DNA of 64,000 nucleotides from Bradymonadia bacterium (GTDB lineage: Bacteria; Myxococcota_A; Bradymonadia; UBA7976; UBA1532). Shown in pieces: positions 25,801 through 37,700 of the stretch; position 1 is the stretch's first letter; every line of letters starts with the position of its first letter. The notes under the pieces are model-generated. The model was not told the DNA's origin, searched no databases, and was given only the letters and a program-made list of their open reading frames with translations. Location of the stretch: positions 11,512-75,511 of the forward strand of contig JBKAGE010000052.1 of assembly GCA_046290225.1 (NCBI GenBank). The letters are read 5' to 3'. The position numbers and the translations under genes were made by a program.

Positions 25801-27366
25801 GTGAACATGCCTGCTGGCAGCCCCATCCCACCACCCCCACCTGATCCGCACTCGGAGACGATGCCCACCCCTGTGCCGGGTCAAGAAGGTGTGCCCCCTC
25901 CGCCCGAGCTGTCGGAGCAGCTGCCGCCAGGCACCCGCGTGGGGGAGTATGCCATCGAGGGTCCCCTGGGCAGTGGTGCTTTCGGGGCGGTCTATGCTGC
26001 CACTCACCCGGTGATCGACAAGCCCGCAGCGGTGAAGGTGCTGGCCTGGCGGTACTCCTCTGATCCCGAGATGGTGACCCGCTTCATCGACGAAGCCCGG
26101 GCGGTGAACCAGATCCAGCACCCCAACATCATCGACATCTTCAACTTCGGTCGCTTGCCCAATGGTCAGCGCTATCACGTGATGGAGCGGCTCTTCGGTG
26201 AAGGGCTCGACACGGTTCTCGCCCGGGAGGGCAAGCTCGAGCCGGAGCGCGTGGCTGAGCTGATGCGGCCCATCGCCGGGGCGGTGAAGGCGGCCCACGA
26301 TGTGGGGGTGATCCACCGCGACATCAAGCCCGCGAATGTCTACGTGTGTGAAGATGGTGAGCCAAAGCTGCTCGACTTCGGCGTAGCCAAGTTGATCCAC
26401 CGTCGCTCGGCCCATCGCTCGGCGACAGGAGTGGCTGTGGGCACGCCCGCGTATATGTCACCGGAGCAATGCCTCGGCGAGAAGATGGGTCCCACGGTGG
26501 ACATCTACGCTTTGGGCGTGCTGGCGTTCAAGCTGCTCTCGGGTCGGTTGCCCTATGAGGCAGAGTCTTCATTCGAGGTGATGAGCGCCCATGTGAACGA
26601 TCCGGTGCCGTCGCTGCATCGCATCGACGGGCGGTTTTCGCCGGCTGTCTCTGCGGCGCTGAAGTCGATGATGGCCAAAGAGCCTGAGGACCGGCCGCAG
26701 TCGCCCATCGAAGCCGTGGAGACTCTGTGCGAGGCGTTGCTCAGCGGCGGGCGGTCTGCCGCTCGGCCGTGGCCGCTGATCGCGGCAGGTGCCGTCGCAG
26801 CAGTGGGCGCGCTCACATGGGCGCTGTGGCCCGGTGAACCCACTGCGGATCCGGCCGGAGCCACCCAGGTTGCGCCCACGGAGGTCACGACTACAGACCC
26901 TGCGGTTACACCTGCGTCAGGCGATGTATCCACACCTGTTGAGAAACCTGTTGAGACTGTTGCCGAGGTGCCCGTTCGAGAGCCGGTGGAGACGCCCACT
27001 GAGCGTGTGGTCGAGCCTGGTCCTGAAGCGGCTCCTGACACTCGACCTGAGCCTGCGGTTGAACCTCCGAAACCACAGCCGATACAGCTGACCTTCACCG
27101 ATCTGCCCAAAGACGCACAGATCACATGGAATGGTGAGGCGCACCTGCTCGACGAGAGCGGGGCCCTGGCGGTGCCACAGGGTGAAGAAGAGATCAGGCT
27201 GGTGATCTCGGCGCCGGGTCACAAACCCCGAAGCCTCAAGGTCGTACCCAAGGCCGATGCCACCCTCGACGGCACACTCAAGCGCATCGTGATCAAGCGC
27301 GGCCGACGCCGCAGCGGCTCCCGGGGCGGCGCCGCCGGAGACATCCATTCCATCGATCCGTGGTGA
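25801..27366 (+). CDS. Hanks-type Ser/Thr kinase with TM and Pro-rich extracellular tail
   Basis: LGSGAFGAVY, AVK, HRDIKPAN, DFG, GTPAYMSPEQ. Confidence 0.95.
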   Translation: MNMPAGSPIPPPPPDPHSETMPTPVPGQEGVPPPPELSEQLPPGTRVGEYAIEGPLGSGAFGAVYAATHPVIDKPAAVKVLAWRYSSDPEMVTRFIDEARAVNQIQHPNIIDIFNFGRLPNGQRYHVMERLFGEGLDTVLAREGKLEPERVAELMRPIAGAVKAAHDVGVIHRDIKPANVYVCEDGEPKLLDFGVAKLIHRRSAHRSATGVAVGTPAYMSPEQCLGEKMGPTVDIYALGVLAFKLLSGRLPYEAESSFEVMSAHVNDPVPSLHRIDGRFSPAVSAALKSMMAKEPEDRPQSPIEAVETLCEALLSGGRSAARPWPLIAAGAVAAVGALTWALWPGEPTADPAGATQVAPTEVTTTDPAVTPASGDVSTPVEKPVETVAEVPVREPVETPTERVVEPGPEAAPDTRPEPAVEPPKPQPIQLTFTDLPKDAQITWNGEAHLLDESGALAVPQGEEEIRLVISAPGHKPRSLKVVPKADATLDGTLKRIVIKRGRRRSGSRGGAAGDIHSIDPW

Positions 27367-27375
27367 GCCCGCCGC

Positions 27376-28503
27376 TCAGTCGTCTCGACGCAGCAATTTA
27401 GACCAGAGGCTGCGTTTCTTGATCGGCACTGGGGTGGCTCGGGCTTGCTGAAGCAGCGCCCAGAGCTCGCCAGCATCTTCCGGTCGCAGCGCAGGGTCGA
27501 CAGAGAGTGCTGCGTCGAAGACCTTCTCGACGGTGGTGGGCAGATCGACACCAAGCGACGCGGGCGTGGGGCGCCGGTTGGGATCGAGGGCCTGGAACAT
27601 CACCGAGCGGGTGGTCTTGCCCTGATAGGGTCGACGGCCTGCGAGCATCTCGACGCACACCAGAGCCAGGGCATAGACATCGGTCCGTGGTCCCGTGGGA
27701 CCATGCTGGCGAGACATCTGCTCAGGCGCTGCGTAGCTCACCGTGAAGGGGGACATGGTGCTCGATGTGGCTTCGAAGCCCTGTGAGTGCAGCGCCGCCA
27801 CTTTGGCCACGCCGAAGTCGAGCAGCTTCACCGAGCGCTCGGAGCCCTCGCCGATGACAAAGAGATTGTCGGGTTTCACATCACGGTGAGCGATGCCCTC
27901 GCGGTGCGCCACTGCCAGCGCTTCTGCCGCCCCTTCGAGGAGCTCGAGTACCTCGCCGAGGCGCCAGTGCTTACGATCGGCCTCGAGCAATTCAGAGAGC
28001 GGTTGACCCTCGAGCCACTCGATCACTGTGTACATGATCTCGTCACCCCGGGGTGTGCTCCAGGTGCTCAGATCGAAGCTCTGCACCACCGAGGTGGTTT
28101 GTCGCGAGAGCTTCGCCAGCAACGCGCCCTCTCGGCGGAAGCTCTCGAGCAAATCGGCACGGACCTCCGGGGTGAGTGGGCGCTTGAAGAGCTTGATGGC
28201 CACCGGCAGGTTCCAGGCGAGGTGCCAGCCTTTGTAGACATGGCTGAAACCACCCTCGGCGATGAACGCGTCCACGCGATAGCGGCCGTCGAGCTCTTGC
28301 CCCACCAATCTCAGCGGATCAGCCTTATCGAGGGTCTCGAAGGGATCCGGCTCTCCCATCTGTGCCAGCAACGCTTCGACCTGAGCGCGGACCTCGGGCT
28401 CGCCGGCGCAGGCCTGGTCAAGGAAGGGCTCCAGCTCACCAGGGACGAGCCCCTGCGCTTCCATGAACACCGCATAGACGCGGTCGTAGAGCGCTTGATC
28501 CAT
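27376..28503 (-). CDS. Ser/Thr kinase of ECF-associated type
   Basis: N-terminal ..F.EA.....E...FL..ACAG...VRA.VE.LL segment; VAIK, HRDVKPDN, DFG, YAAPEQ; 4 nt downstream of the sigma gene. Confidence 0.92.
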   Translation of the reverse strand: MDQALYDRVYAVFMEAQGLVPGELEPFLDQACAGEPEVRAQVEALLAQMGEPDPFETLDKADPLRLVGQELDGRYRVDAFIAEGGFSHVYKGWHLAWNLPVAIKLFKRPLTPEVRADLLESFRREGALLAKLSRQTTSVVQSFDLSTWSTPRGDEIMYTVIEWLEGQPLSELLEADRKHWRLGEVLELLEGAAEALAVAHREGIAHRDVKPDNLFVIGEGSERSVKLLDFGVAKVAALHSQGFEATSSTMSPFTVSYAAPEQMSRQHGPTGPRTDVYALALVCVEMLAGRRPYQGKTTRSVMFQALDPNRRPTPASLGVDLPTTVEKVFDAALSVDPALRPEDAGELWALLQQARATPVPIKKRSLWSKLLRRDD

Positions 28504-28507
28504 GGGA

Positions 28508-29071
28508 TCAGCCCTGGGTCAGCTGATGGCGCAGCCAGGCCTTGGCCATCGTCCACTCAGCCTCGACGGTGCGCTTCGAGACCTCGAGCTCTTCCGCGAC
28601 CTCGGCGACAGAGAGGCCGCCGAAGAAACGCAGGATCACCACCCGGGCCTGCCTGGGGTTCACCTTGGCCAGGCCGTCGATGACATCATTGAGGGCCAGC
28701 ACATCAGGATCATGGCTGATGGAGAGCTGCAGTCCGACGTCGAGAGAGACCTTGGCCACGTCGCCACCCCGCTTCTTGCGAGAGCGGGCTCGGGCGTGGT
28801 CGACGAGCACGCGCCGCATGACGTCGGCGCAGACTGCGAGAAAATGCGTGCGATTCTGCCATTTGGGCATATCGCTGCCGATGAGGCGGACATATGCCTC
28901 GTGTACCAGAGCTGTGGGCTGGAGTGTGTGACCCGCCGATTCACGGCTCATCATGGCCATGGCGCGGTTGCGCAGCTGGTCGTACAGCAAAGGGAGAAGC
29001 TGCTCTTCAGCCTTGCGATCTCCGTCGCGGGCGTGGAGCAGCAGCTGGGTCAACTCGGCGGCATCACTCAT
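28508..29071 (-). CDS. ECF sigma factor, TIGR02999/ECF43-like
   Basis: LLPLLYDQLR..A, HTLQPTALVHEAY.RL, MRRVLVDHARAR...KRGG, LRFFGGLS..E.A..L.VS.RTV..EW..AKAWL. Confidence 0.92.
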   Translation of the reverse strand: MSDAAELTQLLLHARDGDRKAEEQLLPLLYDQLRNRAMAMMSRESAGHTLQPTALVHEAYVRLIGSDMPKWQNRTHFLAVCADVMRRVLVDHARARSRKKRGGDVAKVSLDVGLQLSISHDPDVLALNDVIDGLAKVNPRQARVVILRFFGGLSVAEVAEELEVSKRTVEAEWTMAKAWLRHQLTQG

Positions 29072-29135
29072 GCGGCAGATGATGCCGAAAGGTGCCGTCG
29101 AGATCGAGAAGACTCTATGAACGCCTTGAATACCC

Positions 29136-31646
29136 TCAGAAAGGCGACGGCCGTCTGCACGCCCCCGCGGCGACGTCGCGGGCCTCGCAAGGGCGCTGCA
29201 AATAAATCAGCGCCGAGTCCTCGGCCTTCACCACCAGGTCGTCTACACCATCGAGGTTCAGGTCGGCGGTGTGCAGGCTCTCGATGAGGGTGTTGGTGAC
29301 CGGGAACAGGTCGTCAAAGCCCACTGCGCCACCGACGAAGCGCATCCGCGTGAGCACGCCGCCCTGGCTGGTGAGCAGGCTGGGGCCTTCGTCGCCGAGG
29401 TTCAGAGAGGTGAGACCATCGCTGGCGGGGATGACGAGCTGTCGGGGCTCTGGGGGCAGCAGCGGGCGCTCCGGGTTGAGGGGCCAGATCGACAGAGACC
29501 AGACCTGCTCTACATCTGTGGTGGAGCCGATGGGCCGATAGAGGGTCATCAACTCGCGGGTGCCGTCGAGATCGAAGTCACCCGCCACTGAAGCGGCCGC
29601 CACCTGAGCCTCGGCGAGCCGGCTGAACGCCGAGTCGCATCGCAGCTGGCCGTCGAGGATGCGAAACACTTGGATCTGCGCCTGCGCCGTCATGCCCTGG
29701 CCTGGCTCACGGCGACTGGTGAGTATGATCTCGTCGGTGCCGTCGCCATCGAGATCGATGCGGGTCACAGGTGCCGAAGGGCTGTCGATGAAGGCGTCAC
29801 AGTCGTTGCGCTCGACGGGCGTCTCGCTGAGGGTCTCGCCGTCGAGGTACACGACGTTCGTGGGCAGGTTCTGGTTCGCGACGAGGGTGAAGGCCAGGAC
29901 GCCGGGGTCGAAGTCCGGGAAGTCGTTGGCGAAGAGGGCCTGAATACGGTCCTCGGGGGGGGCCAGGACTCTGGGGAGGCGGCCGGGATCTCCGAGCAAT
30001 GTGTATTGCCGGTTGTCCACGATGATGATCAACTCGTCGGCGATGTCGAGCTGCCCGTTGTCGGTGATGGGGCGTTGGGCGGCGAGGAGAGAGATGGTCT
30101 CTCCGAAGACATCATCGATGTGTCCCACGAAGACACGCTCGTCCGGCAGACCCTCTGCGCTGCCGAACAGGATCTCCACATCGCCGCTCCCCTGCATGAT
30201 CGCCACGTCTGTCCGATGATCTCCGTCGAAATCGCCAGCGATGTAGTTGGCCCCAGCGGGGGCCCGGGGGCTGACCGAGGTGACGAACCCTTCGGGGCCG
30301 CCGAACAAGAACACGATGGAGTCAGGCCGGTTGCCGTAGAAGTCTTCGAAGCCGTCGTTGTTGAGATCTGCGGTGTTGGCGCCCTGGAGTGGCCCTCCGA
30401 GCTGGTAGACCTGCTCGAACGTCAGCGGGTCGCCACCTCGGCTCATCTCGACGTTGCCCGCGCTGAGCACGTCGGCGAAGCCGTCGCCATTGAGATCGCC
30501 CACAGCAGAGGGGTCGAAGTCCCTCAAGGCGCAGTTTTCACACATCATGTCGCGGTTCAATGGCTCGAAGAGCTGCAAGTCATCGAAGCGGCCGTTCCCG
30601 TTATTGAAGGCCACAATGGGCACCGCTGCGTCTCCGGCTCGAGCTGCCGAGGCGATCAGATCGAGATCACCGTCGGCGTCGAGGTCGCCCAGAAAGGTGC
30701 CCGAGCGGGTCAACCTGAGCATCTGGGGCAATTGCAGAGTCTGTCGCACCGTGGCGGTGCACTCACCATCATCTGCAGGACAGTCGAAGGCGAGGACCCA
30801 GATCGAGCCGGTGTTGCTGGCCCCAAAGATCAGCTCGTCGGCCGTCGGGACGTCGTCGGCGGCGGTGCGATCGAGATCACCGACCGCCAGGCGCTCGAGC
30901 TGCCTGTTTCTGAGAGAGAGTTGCTCCTGGATCCCCGAGACATCCAGTGTGCTGGGTCCCACTCGGTTCCACGGTGAGTCAGGGCCGACGAGCATCAGCT
31001 GCTCGGTGAGGGTAAAGGGGGCACGGACCCGGAGCGACTCCGCGATGCGCGGCGTGTCACCCACCATGAGGTCAGACACCACTTTTGGAGTCAGGAGTCG
31101 CTCCCGAGAGCCCTGTAAAATCAGCAGCCCGATCTCGGTGTCCATGAAGACGTCGGCGAGCCCATCACCTGTGGCGTCGCCCACCACGACGTCGGAGAGA
31201 GGCGGCGGGGTCAGGGTGTGCACCGGTGTGGTGATGAAGCCCTGGGGGCTGCCATAGGCCACCTGCACCTCGCCGAGCTCCTGAGCCACAAGATCGATGT
31301 ACGTGTCACCGTCCATGTCTTCGAGGTACAGCGGCCGGCCATCGATGCCCACCAAGGTGGGTGAGTCGAACCGGCCAGAAGGCGCACGGCACACGCCATC
31401 TGAACCACAAGCCCACCCGTCGGGGCATATGGGCTCGCCGTCGATGTCGGTGCACACGAGTTTGCAGGCGGCCTCGCTCCCCGGCGCCCCACAGGCGTAG
31501 GGGCTCCCCTCGGGCAGGCCGTCGCAGTCTTCGTTGGCGCTGGGCTCGACGAGGCCGTTGCCACATCGAAGCCGGTCGACGCCTTCGAGGGTGTCACAGC
31601 CCGTGAAGAGGGGCAGGAGGAGGGGCAGGAGGGGCAGGAGACGCAC
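29136..31646 (-). CDS. FG-GAP/VCBS repeat lipoprotein
   Basis: Lipobox FTGC; CGNG..E...EDCD; many GD(L/F)(N/D)GDG..D repeats. Confidence 0.85.
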   Translation of the reverse strand: MRLLPLLPLLLPLFTGCDTLEGVDRLRCGNGLVEPSANEDCDGLPEGSPYACGAPGSEAACKLVCTDIDGEPICPDGWACGSDGVCRAPSGRFDSPTLVGIDGRPLYLEDMDGDTYIDLVAQELGEVQVAYGSPQGFITTPVHTLTPPPLSDVVVGDATGDGLADVFMDTEIGLLILQGSRERLLTPKVVSDLMVGDTPRIAESLRVRAPFTLTEQLMLVGPDSPWNRVGPSTLDVSGIQEQLSLRNRQLERLAVGDLDRTAADDVPTADELIFGASNTGSIWVLAFDCPADDGECTATVRQTLQLPQMLRLTRSGTFLGDLDADGDLDLIASAARAGDAAVPIVAFNNGNGRFDDLQLFEPLNRDMMCENCALRDFDPSAVGDLNGDGFADVLSAGNVEMSRGGDPLTFEQVYQLGGPLQGANTADLNNDGFEDFYGNRPDSIVFLFGGPEGFVTSVSPRAPAGANYIAGDFDGDHRTDVAIMQGSGDVEILFGSAEGLPDERVFVGHIDDVFGETISLLAAQRPITDNGQLDIADELIIIVDNRQYTLLGDPGRLPRVLAPPEDRIQALFANDFPDFDPGVLAFTLVANQNLPTNVVYLDGETLSETPVERNDCDAFIDSPSAPVTRIDLDGDGTDEIILTSRREPGQGMTAQAQIQVFRILDGQLRCDSAFSRLAEAQVAAASVAGDFDLDGTRELMTLYRPIGSTTDVEQVWSLSIWPLNPERPLLPPEPRQLVIPASDGLTSLNLGDEGPSLLTSQGGVLTRMRFVGGAVGFDDLFPVTNTLIESLHTADLNLDGVDDLVVKAEDSALIYLQRPCEARDVAAGACRRPSPF

Positions 31647-31708
31647 TGGGCACTCCGGGGGTGGGGGTGATGGGCGGGACTATATCAGCTCCAGGCAAGC
31701 GATGAGCA

Positions 31709-34700
31709 TCAGCCGTTGACGTTGTTCGCGCGGGCGCGGCCTTGGGGCGCGGCGCCGGGCTGGGCTGCGGCGCCGCCGCCGTTGTTGCCGTTGTTGCCGC
31801 CGTTGTTGCGGGGCGGCGGCGGGGGGGGCGCCGCGGCGCCGGGACCTGCCGGTGCGTTGCGGCCGGCGGCGTAGTGACGACGGGGCGGCGGAGGCACGCG
31901 GCGGTTGGCGGCGACGTTCCGAGCGGCGCCGGGCTGGGCCACAACCCCACCGTTGGCGGCGCCGGGCTGACCCCGGGGGGGTGCTTGAACCCGGTTACGC
32001 TGGCGGTTCTGCGCGTTGCGAGCCACCTGAGCGCGGCGGCGCAGCTCGGCGATGGTGTTCCGGGCGTCTCTGATCTGCGTGGCGAGGTTGGTCTCCGCCT
32101 GGCTGGGGTTGGCGGCGGCGTTGAGGGTCCGCTGGTACTCAGCGCGCAGCTGGGTCGCCTCTTCGCCCACGGCGCCCATCTGGTCGAGGTTGTTCAGCCC
32201 GTTCTGCGCCGCCTCGGCGTCGAAGGCTCGGGACTGCTGCATGCGGGACAGCTGCCTCACCGACTCGTCGAGGCCAGTCTCGGTCTCGGTGACCGCGTCT
32301 TCGAAGGTCTGGATGTCGCCGTCGTGATCACCGGTCCAGTCCATGTCGTTGATCTCTTGGTCGGTGAGATTGTCGCGGGCGAGCTCTGCAGGCTGACCCC
32401 CCAGCTCGTGTACACCGAGCAGGCCGGTGGGATCTTGGAACTGCACGGGGTTGTTCAGGTTGAACATGTAGGGGTTGCTGGCTTCCATGGGGCGGCTCAT
32501 GGCCACGGCGCCGGGCTCACCCTTGAACAAGGGGTCGGGGCTGGTCCAGCGGCCCAGGGCGGTGTCGGCGTAGCGCATACCCATCTGGGTCAGGCCGGTG
32601 CTGCTGTCGCGCTGGAACCCGTCGACGGCCTTGCGGGCGTCGCTGTTGTCGTCGCCGCTGCGCAGCACGCCGTGGGGGTCGAAGGCGAAGCGATCCACCA
32701 CCTCGCCGGCGGCATCGGTGGTGAGCACAGTGTTCCCCGTGTGATCGTGGTGGGTGAAGATGACGCGGGCTTCGCCTTGCAGGGTCTTCGCCCGGGCGCT
32801 GGCCATGAGCAGGCGGCGGGTGGCCTCGTCGTCGGCGCCGCCGAGGGCGATGGCGTCGCCGGCGTTGAGGGCGTCGTCGGCGGCGGGGTCGCCGAAGATG
32901 GCCGTGGCCAGGGCGTCGGTCTCGTGGGAGGCCACGTGACGGCTGCCCAGGTACACGTGGGTCACGGCCATGCCGTCCTCGATCTCGAAGTGGCGGCTCA
33001 CGGCGTAGCGCAGGTGGGCCCCCTCTTCAGCGATCACGCGGTCGGTCTCGATGGCGTACCAGAACCGGCTCTCGCCCTCGGGGGTTTGCACCGCCTTGAG
33101 GCGGCCGTTGTGATCCCAGGTCAGGCTGTTGTCGCCGCTTTGGGTCATCATGCCCGCGGCGTCGTACTCGAAGGTGCGATCCCCGGCGCTGATGACGGCG
33201 TGGGGCTTGTCGGCGCCGTAGGTGAGGGCGCCGAGGTGGCTGGCGCTCTCGGTGTTGGTCGAGGCGCGCTGCACGAGGTTCTGCCGGTTGTCGTAGCCGT
33301 AGGTGATGGTTTCCTCGAAGGCCTCGCGGGCGGGGTCGAGGGTGGCAGAGGCCAGGCGGTTGAGGGCGTCGTAGGTGTAGAGGGCCCCTTGACCCGCGAG
33401 GCCGTCGACGGGCTGCAGGTCGTCGATGCCGGTGACGTAGCCGAAGCGGTTCCGGGTGTAGCCCAGGTCGAGCAGGGCGCCCTCGGCGCCGGTGACGCGC
33501 TGGCTGTCGAGCAGGTCGGCGGCGTTGTAGCCCATCTCCACGGTGACGCCGTTGCTCAGGCGCATGGTGTCGAGCAGGCTGCTCCGGGTGAAGGTGGCCG
33601 AGTCGACGAAACCCTCGATGGCGGTGACGCGATCGATGCCGTCGCGGGTGAACTCGAGGCGGGTGCCGTCGGGCATCACCATGGCGGTCTCGCGGTCGAG
33701 GTTGCTGAACTCGACGCGCAGCTCGAAGGGCACCCCGTCGATGACGGTGCGGGTGTTCACCAGACGGCCACGGTCGTCATGGGTGAACCAGCGGGCCCCC
33801 TCACCGGCGTGGGTGGGGAACAGGGTGCCCACGCGGTGACCGGAGGCGTTGGGGCACAGGTCGTCGGGGCAGGCGCTGGGCAGGTCGTAGAGGGCCTGCA
33901 CCAGGGTGCCTTCGGGATCGGCGGCGTCCCAGACGCCGGTGAGGCGGCCTCGGGCATCGTAGCTGCGCTCCACGGTGCGGCCTGTGGCGTCGGTCTCCGA
34001 CACCAGCTGGCTGGCCTCGTTGTAGACGAAGGTCTGGGTGCCGCGGTCCACGCTGGCGCTCTCGACGACGCGGCCGAGGCGATCGCGGGTGTAGGTGGTG
34101 CGCTCGCCGGCGGGACTCACCACGGCGGCGAGGCGGCCGCGCACGTCGTACTCAAAGCTGTAGACCAGTGACTCGCCGCCAGAGGTGAGGGTGTACTCCA
34201 CCGACACGTCGCGGCCCAGGCCGTCTTGAACGCGGATGGTGGGGGTGTCGGCGAAGGGGCTCGCGGCGTCGGTGTCCGACACGTCGTGGAAGGCCACCGA
34301 CAGGGGCAGGTACTCGCGGCGACTGAACGAGGCTTCGCCGAAGATCGAGGCGTCGGTGCGCACCACCGAGATCTCACGGCCCAGGGCGTCGAAGGTGGTC
34401 CGGAGCGGGGTGAGCTCCGGGGGGGTGTTGGGGCAGGCGCCGTCGGCGACGGTGTGGGTGCGGTACTTCGCCGTCAGGGCCCCCTGGTTGTTGAAGATGG
34501 CGTAGTCGGAGGCCTCGTACATGCCGCTGGCCACTCGAGCGAGCGAGGCGATCTCGCGGCCCTGGCCATCGAGGCAGCTGACCACCTGGCGATCGGGCAG
34601 GGCGGCCCCCTGCTCGCTGCGGAACTGTTGGGTCAGGGCGCTCACGGGATCACCATATTCGTAGGTGTACTCCACCGTGGGGCGGCCGTCGGGGTCTCCG

Positions 34701-37700
34701 TGGCGGTACCGGGCAGCCACGCGGCCGAGGTTGTCGTAGACCACCTGGCTCCAGGTGGCCTCGGTGACGGCGCTGCCGTCGACGATGGTGATCTCGCTGC
34801 TGGCGCCGGTGACGGTGCCCCAGATGTCGTCGTAGGTGAACTCGCGCATCAGGCTGTAGGGCTGCCCCTCGGGATCGAGCAGCACCTGCTCGCTGGCGGT
34901 GACCAGCAGGCCCTCTTCGTCGAAGCTCTCGCGGATCCGGTAGGCGCCGTTGCCTTCGGTGGCCTGGGGGCCCCAAGTCTCCACCACGTTGCCGTCGCTG
35001 TCGTGGCGGAAGCGGCCGGTGGAGATCCACTCGCCGTCGCTCAGCTGAGAGCGGGCGTGCTTGCGCAGGCCGATGGTGGCCTGGCCCACGGGCAGGCCCG
35101 CGTAGTCGTCGCCGTCGTACAAGAACTCGGTGACCTGGGCCTCGCCCCCAAAAGAGGCAGCACTGTTGCGCTCAGCGGCGGTGGAGACGCGGGCGGGCAG
35201 GTTGAGCAGCCAGTCGTCGCTCGTGGCGTACTCGGTGGTGATGTACATCTCGTCGCCCTCGCAGTTCTCACCGCTCGGGGCGCCGTAGCCCTGGCCCGTC
35301 TTCGCTGGACAGGCGCCGTCGCCGATGCCGATGACGCCGAGCTGGGCGGTCTCGGTGACCTGGCCGTAGCCGTCGTAGCTGTACTCCACCCGGGTCTTCA
35401 CCCACGCGCTGGCGCTCTGGCGCTCCTGCATGGTGTTCTCCCGGGCGACGACGCACATGTAGCGTACGGGCCAGCTGGTGTCCGCGGGTACCTCGTCGAC
35501 GTCACAGTCGTCGTAGGCGAGCTCGGTGGTCATCAAGGGCACGGCCTCGCCGTTGCTGATGGCGTAATCCTCGGTGGCCATGAGGGCCCCGGCGAGGTAG
35601 CGGTTGGTGTCGCCCACGTCGTAGCGCTGCACCCGCATGCCGCCCTCTTGGGCGTCGTCGGCCTCAGTGGTCAAGGAGACCTCGGCGAAGCCCCGGAACT
35701 GCTTCTCCACGGTGTCGTAGAAAGCATCCCGGTAGGTGTAGCTCACCCGCTTGTGCTCGCCGTTGTAGTTGTCATAGGTGTCGATGCTGTCGGCCATGAT
35801 CATGGCGAAGGGCAGGGTGTAGGCCCACTTCTCCTCGCCGGCGGCCTCGGCGGCGGCCATCTGCTGCACGCTGGTGGCGTAGGTGACCTCGGTGACGAGG
35901 CCCAGGCCGTTGGTGATCTCGGTGAGCAGGTTGGGTCGGGTGGGGAACAGCTCGAGGTAGGTCACGTCGCCGTCGGCGGTGACCCAAACCACATCGTCGC
36001 TGCCGCTGCCGTTCATGTCGGCGAAGAGCACCGTGGTGTTGTCGATGCGCTGGGGCAGCGCCTGGCCACCCACACTGTTGATGACCGTGGCGTCGTCGAA
36101 GTGATCGCCGGCGCGGTTGAGGGCGAAGCTGAGCTGATCCGACAGCACGATGACGAGATCGTCGAGGCTGTCGCCGTTGATGTCCTGCAGCTCGACGAAC
36201 TCGATCTGGGCCTCGTTGAAGGGCAAGTCGTTGATGACCCGTTCGCTGGACCACCGACCGTAGCCGAGGTTGAGGCGGTAGGTGAGCTGCCCGGGGGCGA
36301 GGATGACAGGGTCCTGCAGGCCGTCGCCGTTCATGTCGGCCATCTCGAGCCGGCTGTCGGCGAAGCCCGAGCCGATGGCCTCGACGCCGTCGGCGATTGC
36401 GAAGCCGCTCTCGCCCTGGTTTTCGTACACCTGGGTGGTGTCGAAGGTGCTGCTGATGACGTCGATGAGGCGGTCGTTGTTGTAGTCGAGAAACCTGATG
36501 TTCGACAGCTCGGCGTCGCCGCCGGCGAAGTCGTCGCCGAAGTCGGGCAGGCTGGCGGTGCCGCCGAGGCTCTCGACGGTGGACCAGTCACCCTCGCCGA
36601 GGTTGTACAGAATCTCGCCAGTGCGCACGTTGATCATGTCAGCGCGGCCGTCGCCGTTGGCGTCGAGGACCTGCACATAGGCGCTGCTCAGCTGGTGACC
36701 GTTCTGATCGCCAGTGGCGCTCTCGATGGCGGCGCTGAAGCTGTGGCTGTCGGTGGTGTACTGGTTCTTGTAGATGCGGTGGGCGCCAGAGCGCGAGGTG
36801 TCGACGATATCGGGCAGGGCGTCGCCGTCGAGATCGACGAGGGTGGCGGCGCCGGTGCTCAGGCCCACGCCGATGCTGCCCATGTCCACGAGGTAGGGGT
36901 CTTCGCAGCCTACGCCACCGTCGGTGTCGCACTGGGCGCCGAGGGTCTTCGAGTAGCCGAAGTTGTAGCTGACGGGGTGGGGCTCGTCGTTGAGCCCGAA
37001 GCGCTGCAGGCTGGCCAGCCGGGAGAGGCCACCGGAGATGGCCTCGTCCTCGTAACCGAGGTCGTAGCGCCACATGCGGGTCTCTTTGCTGTAGACGTTC
37101 ACCGCGGCGAGGCGCTGGCTGATGAGCTCGTTGGCCCCGCTCCGGGCATCGGACAAGGGGTCGGGGCGATCTTCGTACTCGAAGGTGACCTTCGAGCGGG
37201 CCTCGCCGTTGACGAAGGTGTACTCGATGCTGTCGAGGTAGGGCAGACCGTCCCGCAGCTGGTAGCTGTAGTGGGCCCGGTGATCGAAGCTGTCGACGAT
37301 CTCTACGAGCTGATAACGGAAGGTGGCGCCGTCGCGGCCAGAGACCCGGGCGTTGTCGACGAGATCACCATCGGCGGTGGCGCCGAAGTACATCTTGATG
37401 CCGTCGGGCTGCTCGGCCACCCAGTAGCCCTGGGTGCCGTCCCCGCGATCGATCCACAGGTAGCGCACGAACCCGCCTTCGATGCGGGCCCGATACACAC
37501 CCTCGCCCACGTGCACGAGCTGGTCACCGCCGTTGGCGACGAAGTCATCGTCGGCGGTGTACTTGGGCAGCCCCCACTGGGTCATGCGCTCCATGAAGGG
37601 CACGGACATGTCCCAGCCGATGCCCATGATGCCCGCGGAGCCGCCGCTGTTATAGGCGATGCTCAAGTTGGGGGTGATACCGGGGAAGCCCGCGGGCACG

